64,000 bases of DNA from Octopus sinensis. Taxonomy: Eukaryota. The notes beneath the pieces are model-generated. The model did not search any database. It had not been told where the DNA came from and worked only from the letters and a program-made list of their open reading frames with translations. The stretch covers positions 49,166,001 through 49,230,000 of the forward strand of contig NC_043007.1 in NCBI RefSeq assembly GCF_006345805.1. The letters are read 5' to 3'. Position numbers and translations under genes: made by a program. Position 1 is the first letter of the stretch; each line of letters opens with the position of its first letter. Of the stretch, positions 11,865-23,781 are shown piece after piece.

Positions 11865-12245
11865 ATGAACACATTTAAGTACATGAAGCTATATATGCAC
11901 ATGCATGCATCTATGTATGATATTTGTATATGTTTACACTTCTGATACAGAACCGGTTTTTTGATATGTATATATCTCTATTTGTACAACAGTTTACGGA
12001 TAACTCTATGATTATATTAATTATTACTAAGGTGGTTATGTGCTTTGTTGCTGTTTAAGATATATGCATGAACCACTTCTAATGAAGCTCTAAATAGTCT
12101 GGTTAGAGCGTCGAAGTTACTATACAGATTTGCTACCATATTTTTGTTATTGTAATGACTGTTGATGCCAGACAGTCATTAGATATATGTAGCTTTCCTT
12201 TCATCGCAAATATCATTCGAATATATAATCGAAAATTTATTCATA

Positions 12246-12274
12246 TGTCTTTCTAAATTTTTTCTTTTATCTAG
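12246..12274 (+). promoter_or_regulatory. Splice acceptor 18 nt upstream of the UGT ATG (5'-UTR intron)
   Basis: Pyrimidine tract TTTTTTCTTTTATCTAG|G at 12258-12275. Confidence 0.6.
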
Positions 12275-12292
12275 GTCAACACCTCTTGAAAA

Positions 12293-13810
12293 ATGAGACA
12301 GAAAAGTCTGTTATTCAGTTTAATGGTGCTATGCATGATTGTATGTTTAAAGAGAGTCAACAGTAAAAATATTTTATACATAGCATGGCCTGGTTACAGT
12401 CACATAAATCCAATGATTTCTATTGCGAACGAATTGTCAAAGTATGGTCATAATAACTATTTTATACTAAACAAAAAACTCACTAAAACTTTCCAAAACG
12501 AACAGAACATAAATATACTTCCAATGGATGAGATCCCAGAAATTGAAGAAATTCGCACTGGTTCAGAGAAACAAGAAACAAGAAGATTATACATGATGAA
12601 AAACGCCTTAACTTTATTCCCTGTAGTGTGCGAGAGAATGTTAACGGATGAAAAATGGATAGAATCATTGCGAGCCGTCAATGCCAGTTTAGCTGTGATC
12701 AATGGAATATTCATAACAAATTGTCTTACAACAATTGCCTATGAATTATCAATTCCGTTTGTTCTCACGGCATCTGAGATATTTCCTAGTCTTCATCGTA
12801 TTCCATGGAACCCCAGTGTTTTTCCAAGCAGCTTCTTCTCATCCTCCGATAAGATGACATATTCGGAAAAGTTAATAAGTACTTTGGCTGCTATTGTAGA
12901 CTACACTATTCCTCCTATTGGAGCGCCTATACACAGTGTCAAAACATACGCTAAAGACAAACCTGATATTTCATTCACAGATTTACTACATCAGGCACAG
13001 TTTTTTCTTATTGAAAAAGATGTACTTCTAGATTATCCACTACCACAACTTCCAAATGTAAGATACGTTGGTGGTCTGGCTACAAAACGCTCATTGCCTT
13101 TGAAGGGAGAATTAGTGAAATTCATAAATGCGTCTAAGAATGGAATAGTCGTGGTGTCATTTGGCAGTAATATCAATGATTTCCCTGCTGTTCAATTAAA
13201 GAAACTACAAAGTGCATTGAAACAAATAAAATATGATGTTGTGTGGAGACAGAAGAAAACATCATTTTCTCATAAGAATATTTATATCAGTGATTGGGTA
13301 CCACAAAATGATCTGCTTGGCCATCCTAAAACAAAATTATTTGTTACTCATTGTGGAAATAGCGGTCAGTTTGAAGCTTTGTTCCATGGTGTACCAATGC
13401 TGGGAATACCTATATTTGCAGACCAATTTTATAACTCTCGCAGAATGACCGAGAAAGGATACGGATTGTCTCTAGATATAGAGAACTTCACTCCGGAGGA
13501 ATTAATAGAGAAAATAAATGAACTAATTGAAAATAAAACATATTCTGAGAAAATTAAAAGAGCTAGTGAAATATTTCATTCTCGGCCCGAATATCCAGCG
13601 AAGAAATCAGCCCGCCATATTGATCACATCTTGAAATATGGTGGAGAATATCTAAAATCTCCATGTCAAGAGAGTCGATTGTATGAATTTTTAATGATCG
13701 ATGTATTAGTTCCTATATTTGCTGCAACAATATTTTTGATATATTTAATATATCGAAGTGTGAAAAAATGTTTATCGTTTTGTTGCAAGAAAAAAACGAA
13801 GATTGACTAA
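12293..13810 (+). CDS. UGT: UDP-glycosyltransferase (GT1, UGT family), 505 aa, single coding exon
   Basis: Signal peptide, GYSH catalytic His, UGT signature WVPQNDLLGHPKTKLFVTHCGNSGQFEALFHGVPMLGIPIFADQ, C-terminal TM helix and dilysine tail KKKTKID. Confidence 0.96.
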   Translation: MRQKSLLFSLMVLCMIVCLKRVNSKNILYIAWPGYSHINPMISIANELSKYGHNNYFILNKKLTKTFQNEQNINILPMDEIPEIEEIRTGSEKQETRRLYMMKNALTLFPVVCERMLTDEKWIESLRAVNASLAVINGIFITNCLTTIAYELSIPFVLTASEIFPSLHRIPWNPSVFPSSFFSSSDKMTYSEKLISTLAAIVDYTIPPIGAPIHSVKTYAKDKPDISFTDLLHQAQFFLIEKDVLLDYPLPQLPNVRYVGGLATKRSLPLKGELVKFINASKNGIVVVSFGSNINDFPAVQLKKLQSALKQIKYDVVWRQKKTSFSHKNIYISDWVPQNDLLGHPKTKLFVTHCGNSGQFEALFHGVPMLGIPIFADQFYNSRRMTEKGYGLSLDIENFTPEELIEKINELIENKTYSEKIKRASEIFHSRPEYPAKKSARHIDHILKYGGEYLKSPCQESRLYEFLMIDVLVPIFAATIFLIYLIYRSVKKCLSFCCKKKTKID

Positions 13811-14789
13811 AATCATTTCTTTGATAAGTTGAAAGAATGTAAATCATGGCAGATTTTTGATTTATTCAAATGAGGGTTAGAAACATTTAATTTTAAAAAA
13901 TTAATTGAAATTTGGAAATTTTCTGTAGATGTCATATTATGTGGTGTAGTTTTTAAAGATTTACCTCATATAGTATGTTGATTTTTCTTTTTGTTTCAAA
14001 CATTTTGTAGAAGCTCCGTATTAAACAATTAAACGTGAATTCTGAAGTACAGTGCCATTATTTTTCTTATAATCAAAACAAATTGTTTAATCTGTTCGGT
14101 TCATAAATTTTTTTAATAAATCGCTTATTCATTTTGTAATAAATATATACATTTTAAGCACTTGCCAGCTGTCATATTTTATTGTACAATATTACCGTCT
14201 CTTCCCACTCTGTTTTCCTCGATGAAAATGTCAAGATTTTCTTCAACTTATGTCATTTTCGTATAGAGAAGAGTCTGCTTATATCAATTAGTAATTAAAT
14301 GGTTAAATGCTTTGTTGCAGTTTAAATTTTGATAGGTTTGAAACTTTTTGAACAAAACTCTTTGTAGTTTTCGTTGGTGTGTTGAAAGTTAATCCACAGA
14401 CATGCATCACTTTACTAGTGTGTCATAGCATAGCGTGGGCAGACTGTCATGAGAGTTAAGTTGCTTATGTTTTGTCACAGGACAGCTTTCATGTGAAAAA
14501 GGGACTTCAACGGTGACCACTATCGTTTTTATTTTTCATTTGTTTGACTTAATATTGTGGGTCGGTAAAAGTGACCTATTGAATAAGTACCTTACTTTAA
14601 AAATAGTATGTCCTGCGGTCCATAAGTTCGATTGAATGCTCGTCAAGGTAGTGCCACAGCATGGCTGCAGTCTCCTAACTGAAACAAGTAAAAGATAAAA
14701 AGATAGATTTAAAATGAAATTCTAATACATAACCACAATATTATTATTTAAGTAATAATTACAGTTTACCTTAATCTCTTTATTATTAT

Positions 14790-15477
14790 TATCTTTTTTT
14801 ACCTGTAAGTAATGGTAAAAATATCTTATACTTGCATGACCCTTCAATAGTCACGTACATCCAATGATTTCTATAACAAACGATTTATCAAAGTATGGAC
14901 AAAATAACTATTTTATACTAAATATCAAAAACTCACAAAATCTTTCCGAAAGGAACAAAACATAAATATACTTCCAATAGACGAGATCACAGAATTTAGT
15001 AAAACCTTTACTGACGCACGGCAGAAAATAGTATCAAAATGAAGATATGTGATAAGAAGAGTTTTGACTTTGATTCCTCTGATATGTAATAGAATTCTGA
15101 AGAATGAGAAATGTATCGAATCACTGCGAGCGGTTAATGCCAGTTTAGCTGTTATTAATGGACTATTGGCAGCAAATTGTCTTACAATAATAGCATATCA
15201 GTTGTCAGATATAGAGAACTTTACCCCAGAGAAACTAATAGAGAAAATAAATGAACTGACTGAAACTAAAAGATTCTTAGAAAATTAAAAGATCTGGTGT
15301 AATATTTCAGTCTCGGCCCGAATATAAAGCGAAGAATTCAGCCCACCATATTGATCACATCTTGAAATATGGTGGAGAACATCTAAAATCTCCATGAATT
15401 TCCTATATTCGGAGTAACATTACTTTGGATATATTTGACCTATGTAATTGGGACAAAATGTTTTATAATTTTTTGCA
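14790..15477 (+). pseudogene. UDP-glycosyltransferase pseudogene 2 (large internal deletion)
   Basis: Has the same early TGA as pseudogene 1. It jumps from IAYQLS directly to DIENFTPE, losing ~730 nt, then has a decayed C-terminus (HIDHILKYGGE). Confidence 0.9.
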
Positions 15478-15613
15478 TATGGACTTGTTTCACGAAGGGT
15501 TCTTCAAACATTCACCTATGTTAAATTTCTATTCCCACATAATTTAGTATATGATATGGAGAAAATTATTGCAGCTTAATGCAGCCGTTTGTCTTATGCA
15601 ATGAGCACACATA

Positions 15614-15824
15614 AGAGTAACAGATATGTGGCTGTGCAAATATTGAGAATAAAATTATATCATCAGTGAATTGTGAAGGCTGTGAAGAAATTAGTAAATT
15701 AATGAAACAATTATGTACATATATAACTGTTTCATTAATTTACTAATTTTTTTCACAGCCTTTACAATTCACTGATGATATATCTTTATTCTCAATATTT
15801 GCACAGCCACTTCTCTGTCACTCT
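15614..15824. repeat. ~210-bp imperfect palindrome (long hairpin)
   Basis: Arms GTGGCTGTGCAAATATTGAGAATAAA..TCATCAGTGAATTGT..AAATTAGTAAATTAATGAAACA and their reverse complement around a centre at ~15719. Confidence 0.85.
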
Positions 15825-16582
15825 CATAGTTAAAAATCAGAAATATCAGACCAATTTATCCAATAATCAAATCAGAATTATTGTCCTTTTCACCTTTATC
15901 TCACGTCTAATTTCACTTCACATCGTTGAAATTTGAATTCTGTTTGCATTCCCATATCAAATAACCGAACCGCAACCGTTGCAGTTTGAACACTTCTCAC
16001 CTATACATGTTAATACATGAGTTCATATATTTTTTCTTTATATCGTTATCATGATCATCATGATCATTATCATAATTAATATCATGAACATTATCATCAT
16101 AATCATCATCACAAGCGTTCATGTTCTATACTGGCATGAGATCCAAGGCCCGAGTCGTGCGCTTCTGTCTGTTTTAGCATGGTTTCCTAACGCATATGAC
16201 CTTCGTAACGCAAACACCTTTATAGTTTGTACTGACCGCTCTTTTACGTGCCACGTGCACTAGTGAGTTGAAAATGCAGCTGGAAAATGATAACCTGGAG
16301 ATGAGGCGGGTTTTATGCTAAAAATGAGTAGTGAAAGTAAGACAAAAGGAGGCAGAAAATATCAGGTTTCTAGATGTAGTGAAACCACATGGGTATTCAT
16401 AATTTATGAGATTGGGTGGAGGTGAGTGGGCAATGTAAGGAAGAGATAAAATAGTTGTGATGGAGTGCCCGTGTCTACTCTTAAAGTAAAAGGTGAGTAG
16501 AAGCGAATGGAAACAGTAGAACGGTAGAGCTAGCAAAAGCGAATGGGAGAATGAGTAATGGGGAGGAAGGGAGTGAATATAA

Positions 16583-16982
16583 TTATTTTCAACTCTAGGC
16601 ACAAGGCCCGAAATTTTGGGGGAGGGGGCCAGTCGATTAGATCGACACCAGTACGCAACTGGTAATTAATCTATCGACCCCGAAAGGAAGAATGGCAAAG
16701 TCGACCTCGACGGAATTTGAACTCAGAACGTAAAAACAGACGAAATACCTATTTCTTTACTACCCACAAGGGGCTAAACACAGAGAGAACAAACAAGGAC
16801 AGACAAACGGATTAAATCGATTATATCGACTCCAGTGCGTAACTGGTACTTATTTAATCGACCCCGAAAGGATGAAAGGCAAAGTCGACCTCGGCGGAAT
16901 TTGAACTCAGAACGTAACCGCAGACGAAATACCGCTAAGCATTTCGCCCGGTGTGCTAACGTTTTTGCTAGCTCACCGCCTT
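16583..16982 (-). mobile_element. Dimeric/nested tRNA-SINE (full unit 16750-16982 plus 5'-truncated unit 16583-16749)
   Basis: Two CORE-like bodies with different tails, bounded by a single TSD AGGGAGTGAATAT at 16568-16580 and 16983-16995. Confidence 0.85.
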
Positions 16983-17571
16983 AGGGAGTGAATATTATGA
17001 AAGAAGCGTTGAGTTTTTACGTAGGGGTGGAAGAGATTGTGTAGGGTGGTGGATGACGTAGTGAATGGTGGATAAGGGGTGAGGTTAACCAATTGTGCAT
17101 GGTGGTGGGGAAGGAAGAGTAGCAGAATAGTAATGTTGATATGGCACACAGGGAAAGGAAGGGAGAGAATGAGAGAGAGAGAGAGAATAAGAGAGAGAGA
17201 GAGAGAGAGAGAGACAGCGATAATGTGAAAGAGAGATAAGGAGAGACATACAGGCAGATTGAGAGAAAGAGAGATTATTTGGTAGGTTGTAAGAGTGTGA
17301 GAAAAGGAGAGAGAGAGAGACAATCGGGGTGCATAGGGTGGTTGAGAGATGTATTGTAGTGGAGGTGTGGTGAATTGGTGTGTCATGTGGGTGGGCAATG
17401 TAAAGTGTGAATGAAAGAAACAGTATTAAAAACGAGGTAAGTATGCTAAGTGTAACGGTTCCGGCTACTGAGAAAAAAACCTTTTTCGCAAATTACCTCA
17501 AAATTTTGTGATTGGCACTTGTTTATACATGTCCCCATCCATATGAATCACATGTCTATACCTATTTCTTT

Positions 17572-17768
17572 ACTACCTACAAGGGGCTAAACACGGAGAG
17601 GACAAACAAGGACAGACAAACGAATTAAGTCGATTATCTCGACCCCAGTGCATAACTTGTACTTATTCATCCGAAAGGATGAAAGGCAAAGTTGACCTCG
17701 GCGAAATTTGAACTCAGAACGTAACCGCAGACGAAATGCCACTAAGCATTTCGCCCGGTGTGCTAAAC
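17572..17768 (-). mobile_element. tRNA-SINE (same family as 8454-8685)
   Basis: TATTTCTTTACTACC..GGATGAAAGGCAAAGTTGACC..GAACTCAGAACG. Confidence 0.8.
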
Positions 17769-17958
17769 ACGAGAACTGATTTTCCTTATGTCCAGTTTTT
17801 CTGTCTACACATTTCTGTTTAGTCCCGTTGATGTACACTTACACAGCAAGTCTGCCCAGTAGATTAAGTATATATACCAGCAAGAAACAATAATGGACTT
17901 CTTCACTACACTCAACAGTAATATAGCGATTATACCAACTACCGACAAAACACCACCA

Positions 17959-18140
17959 CATGGATTCTATTGAGAACAGTATGAAACGATTATGAACGTT
18001 TCCATTGCACTTTTTATAATATTTTTGATAAGGTTCGTATTTTCAAGAACATGGATTCTATTGAGACCAGTAAGAAACGATTATGAACGTTTCCATTGCA
18101 CTTTTTATAATATTTTTGATAAGGTTCGTTTTTTCAAGAA
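17959..18140. repeat. Tandem duplication of ~91 bp
   Basis: CATGGATTCTATTGAGA..GATAAGGTTCGT..TTCAAGAA occurs twice. Confidence 0.85.
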
Positions 18141-18210
18141 CCGAAACATGTAAAATTCATAAGAAAATTAAAATTTATCTAATATAGTGGCGTTTTCAAA
18201 CTTCTTTTTT

Positions 18211-18389
<179 letters not shown>

Positions 18390-18720
18390 CGTGTGTGCGT
18401 GTGTGTGTGTGTATACACAACCACACCCACTCATAATATGCATGTATGTATGCATGTGTGTATATATGTGTGTATATGTGTATGCTTTTTGTTATTTATC
18501 GATTATTGATTATTGAAGCGTATGTAATGACCTACCCAACGTATCAATAACGTTTTCTGTATTTTGTTCATTTCAACAGTGTGTGGCTTTTGTTACTATG
18601 TTATGACTCAATTCCATTTTTACGTTTCATATATTACATTATGTGGGAATAGGAATTTAACATAGGTGAAAGTTTGAAGAACTCTTCGTGAAACAAGTCT
18701 ATGAAAGTAAATATCAAAAA

Positions 18721-18755
<35 letters not shown>

Positions 18756-18757
<2 letters not shown>

Positions 18758-21700
18758 GGCTCAACCGGACACCGTTAATCCTCCCACGTAAATTCCAGAT
18801 CAAAACAGTCGCTGTTCAATTCATGAAAATATTTCTTTTGAATGTTTTGTTTTTAGAATATGCGTAGGTGTTATTCTAAAAAGCATTAGTGATAAAGTTA
18901 GGAAGAAGAAGAAGAAGAAGAAGAAGAAGAAGAAGAAGAAGAAGAAGAAGAAGAAGAAGAAGAAGAAGAAGGAGAAGAAGAAGAAGAAGAAGAAGAAGAA
19001 GAAGAAGAAGAAAGAAGAGGAAGAAGAAGAAGAAGAAGAAGGGAGAATATGAATGAATGTATGTAGTGTGAAAGTAGTAAGGTGTTAAATGACTTAAAAT
19101 TGGCACGTTATGGATTATAGCAGTGATTGGAACTGTTTTTTAATCAATTCTTGGGAATCTCTTGAATGTATCATTTTTAATATTTGCTATCATCCACTGA
19201 CCATTCAAAATACTACTATCATGGCACTCCCTAACTATTCTTCTTCCCCTTCTCCTTCTCCTCCTTCTTCCTTACCAAGAATTCACAACGACCTCGAACC
19301 CACAAGAGAAAACAAGAGAGACAGAGACAGGCAGAATGAAGGAAAATGCCACTTATATTTGAACACTATACAAATATTCTTTTAAAAAAACTTTTCTTTT
19401 AATTTTTCTAAATTTAATTATTTAATTGTTACAGTTGAAAAAGTCTCAATGACTGAAACCGGTACTGAAATGTTTTTTCTAAAATTATTTTAGCATTTTC
19501 TATCTTGATTTTTTCTCTCCATATATATCAACTCGTGTGTTCCTTTTCATCCTTATACATATCATTAACCCACACGAGATACAGAAAATGCCGACAAAAA
19601 CAGACACAATCTTTTCCATAAAGAAATACTGAAAGAACTCAAGAAAATCAACACAAATCTGTCAACATTTTTGAACAAATTCGACTCGACACATAAACCC
19701 AATCGAGAGAACAATGAGGAAACCGATACAAAAAATACAACTTCCGAAATCGTCGAAAACCTTGGAAACTTATGCAAAACAATTAGAACATTTTTCTCTA
19801 ACAACGCGAATCAAGGACCTCCAAACGAGACATCATATGGGATCAATACTCTAACAACATAACAAATGAAACACCACATAGTACCACAATAGAACAAATC
19901 ACTCAGAGATAGAAAGTTCGCCTTTTGGAAGATGATCTAAAACAACAACAACGCGAATATATACGAAAAATGGCTCAGCCGGACACCGTTAATCCTCTCA
20001 CGTAAATTCCAGATCAAAGCCATTACAGAGGAACCTGAAACACAAAGACGCCTCAGAGAGAGAATGGCACTGGAAAAATGGAAATGGAAATAGAACTTCT
20101 AAAATTGAAGGCCCAAACGAATGACGATAAAGTAAAATCCGATGAAGAGCTCAACCAAGAAATTTGCAAAATGACCCAAGGCCCCGATCAAGAGAAGATC
20201 TCCAAACTATGGAAAGAGGACTGTGAAAAAGAAGAACTGAAATCTCTCCAACGCTGGGAGAAAAAGCGCCACTTGGTTCTCAGACTATGAAACCGTCTTT
20301 CACACAGAGCACGCTTCCAACAACCCTTTCCAGAAAATAAGAAAATCAAAACAACACTCAAACACTGATACACACCTGTCTAAAAATCGGAACCATTACT
20401 TCTACCAAAAAAAGAATACAAGACCTAACCCTAACTTTGTAAGACACCAGAGATACAATATCGAGAGTAAAGGATAAATCACTACCCACAGGATAGATGC
20501 TGCAACCTCCTCCTCCACAAAAAGAGTTACCAACGAAATTTTTGTTCCAACAACCTGCGAAACAACCATGCACAACAAACCCGCACCACACGCAATAACT
20601 ACCAACGACGGCCCTCTAAAACGCCACACCCAAATATGGGATATTGGGACACAGTTTTCAATACTGTTCCAAGAAAACACACCATAAATCACAATAGGGC
20701 ACCCCGCAACAACAAGGAACAACTACATAATAGCTACCGTCCCAACCACCGCAATCATCTTTTAGACCCAATACGCAAACACAGAGACAAAAGATAGCAC
20801 CAAACAGACAGGAGGAACCAAAAGTGATAAAAATTATCAATCTAACTCACAATGAACTAACAGCAAACCAAATCAATATACTCTCCAAAGGACTTAAGTT
20901 TACGCCTACCCCACAACACCCCAACTACAATGAAATGAAAGAAGACATCGCAGAATTCTGTAGAAAATTACGACTTGCTGAGGAGCTATACGACAAATAC
21001 AACGTGGACGAATCGTTGGTCAGAAATAGGAGTAACAACACCCCCTCAAAAGGTAAGAATAAAACATTTGATCATTTCTTTGAACACATCTCGAATTACC
21101 CATATCAACATATACACAAACAAAAACACAAACCAAACTTCAGCAAAAAAGAATGGGCTGAGCTGAACAAATTAAAAAATGACAAAACAATAACAATCAA
21201 AGAGGCCGATAAAAGGAGTGCAGTTGTCTTAATGGACACGATATTTTATATAACTTTAGTACTATCTATGTTGGAAGACACATTATGAAAAAGCCCAGTA
21301 CTACAGTCAGCAAAAAATAATGAGAGAACTAAAATCCATGTTAAATACATACAAAGAAGGGCTCACCGACAAAGAATATGACTATATGACCAATTTCAAA
21401 GGCAAAACCAGCCAATTCTACGGTATTCCCAAGACACACAAAAGTGAGAAAATAAGTAACGCATGCAAGATAGCCACAGAGAAAATAATTAAAGTACCTA
21501 CTCCTAATGACCTCAAATTGAGACCTATAATAGCAGGTCCCGCATGCGAAACCCACCGCCTCAGTAACTTTTTAGATACCCTCTTAAAACCATTCCTCAA
21601 ACATGTCAAAAGCTATAAAAGGGACGACTTGGATATGCTCAATCACCTTCCTAAATTAATAAGCAAAAACACCCTACTAGTATCCTTCGAAGTAGTCAAC

Positions 21701-23116
21701 CTCTATTCCAATATCCCCCACAATCTAGGAATAGAGGCAATTCAATTCTGACTAGAGAATTACGCCAACGAACTCCCACATCGCATCAAAAAAGAATTCG
21801 TGATAGAAGGGCTAAAATTCATCCTGGAAAATAACTACTTCGCCTTCAAAGACAACCTCGACCGACAAAAATCAGGGACTGCGATGGGTACGCGAATGGC
21901 CCTCTCCTTTGCTAACCTAGTCATGGGATATCTAGAAATCAGTCTTTATCGTAAGGTTCTAGAAAGATACGGCAGCCTTGTCTCCCTCTACATAGAAAAT
22001 AACTGGAAGAAATACCTGGATAACTGTTTCATTCTTTGGCATGAAAATATAGAGAAACTTAAAGAATTCCAAGCGCTTTTAAATGGACTTGACGTAAACA
22101 TCCAGTTCACGATGGAATATAGCCAGCAACAACTCCCTTTCCTCGACATCCTCATTAAGAAATCTAATAACGTAATAGAAACAGATATATACTATAAGCC
22201 TACGGATTCCAAGCAATATCTTCCATTCAATTCGTGCCACCCCAGACACATCAGAATGAATATCCCCTTCAACCTAGTAAAAAAGATATGTACCATAGTT
22301 TCTAATGCAAACACCAGAGACACATGACTACACGAACTAAAAGATACACTCATCACCAGGAACTACCCACCTTCACTAATTGACATATGCATTCAACCTG
22401 CCCTTCAACTCAACATCCAGGAACTCAGACATTCCAAATTAAAGAAAAATTTACAACCAGAAGCCTTACCATACATCTCCACACACAACCCTCTCAACAA
22501 TGAAGCCTTCGACACCATCCTCCAAAACATACCCCTGCTAAAAAAGGACCACAGAATGAACTTAATCCTCCAAACACACACCATCATAAAAAGCAAGAGA
22601 CAGCCCAAATCTATGAAAAATCTCCTAACACAAGCCCAAATACACTCAACAACACAGATGCCGTCAGTAAAAAAATGTGGAAGACCCAATTGTGGGATAT
22701 GCGATTATCTAATTGAAGGATCAGAGTTCTCCTTCAAACAGGGACAACGTTTCACAGTGAAAAGCAACTTCACATATGCGTCGGAGAACCTGATATACAC
22801 ACTAACCTGCTCTGGATGACAAGAGCAATACATAGGCCAAACAAAAAATAGTCTATGTAAAAGAATGGCTCTGCACAGATCCCAGATAAAAATTCCCCAA
22901 AACAGAAAAATAGCATTCAGCCAACACATAGACATTTGCGCCAACAACAAAAATCCGAGCTTCAGATTTTTTCAGGGACGATACAACTTGGAGCCAACGA
23001 ATTAGTAAAGAAACTCTCTTTATTACAAAATACAGGCCCCTTCTGAACGCATCTACGACAAACGACATATCCACCTCGACAAATATTAAAAATGATACAC
23101 TCAAGAGATTCCCAAG

Positions 23117-23150
<34 letters not shown>

Positions 23151-23730
23151 AGTCCCAATCACTGCTATAATCCATAACGTGCCAATTTTAAGTCATTTAA
23201 CACCTTACTACTTTCACACTACATACATTCATTCTTATTCTCCCTTCTCTTTCTTCTTCTTCTTCTTCTTCTTCTTCTTCTTCTTCTTCTTCTTCTTCAC
23301 TTTATCACTAATGCTTTTTACGCAAATTCTATAAACAAAACATTCAAACGAAATATTTTCATGAATTGAACAGCGATTGCTATCATCCACTGACCATTCA
23401 AAATACTACTATCATGGCACTCCCAAATTATTATTATTCTTCCCCTTCTCTTCCTCTTCCTTCGTCTTTTCTTCTTTTTCTTCCCTACCAAGAATTCACA
23501 AGGACCTCGAACCCACAGGAGTAAACAAGAGAGACATAGACAGGCAGAAACAAGGAAAATGTCACTTCTATTTGAACACTATTAAAATATTCTTTTAAAA
23601 AAACTTTTCTTTTAATTTTTCTAAATTTAATTATTTAATTGTTACAGTTAAAAAAGTCTCAATGACTGAAACCGGTACTGAAATGCTTTTTCTAAAATTA
23701 TTTTAGCATTTTCTACCTTGACTTTTTTTC

Positions 23731-23731
<1 letters not shown>
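18756..23731 (+). mobile_element. Penelope-like retroelement (Neptune-type), RT + GIY-YIG, with pseudo-LTRs; decayed
   Basis: ORF fragments LSKGLKFTPTP, IKEADK..AVV, LRPIIAGP, GTAMGT, YLDN (YxDD site), YYKPTDSKQYL..SCHP, linker KKCGRPNCGIC and NLIY..C....YIGQT. Direct pLTRs at ~19187-19530 and ~23380-23731, and (TA)n tracts flank both ends. Confidence 0.92.
19432..19467 (+). ncRNA. Variant minimal hammerhead motif in the 5' pLTR (second copy 23645-23680)
   Basis: CAG-TTGAAAA-AGTC-TCAAT-GACT-GAAAC-CG-GTA-CTG. The core box deviates from CUGANGA; stem III is the palindrome ACCGGT. Confidence 0.6.

Positions 23732-23781
<50 letters not shown>

Noticed and set aside
22800-22830. In-frame TGA in the PLE endonuclease (CSG*QEQYIG) as selenocysteine
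   Set aside because: The element has many other stops and frameshifts and no SECIS was recognised, so ordinary decay is the simpler explanation.
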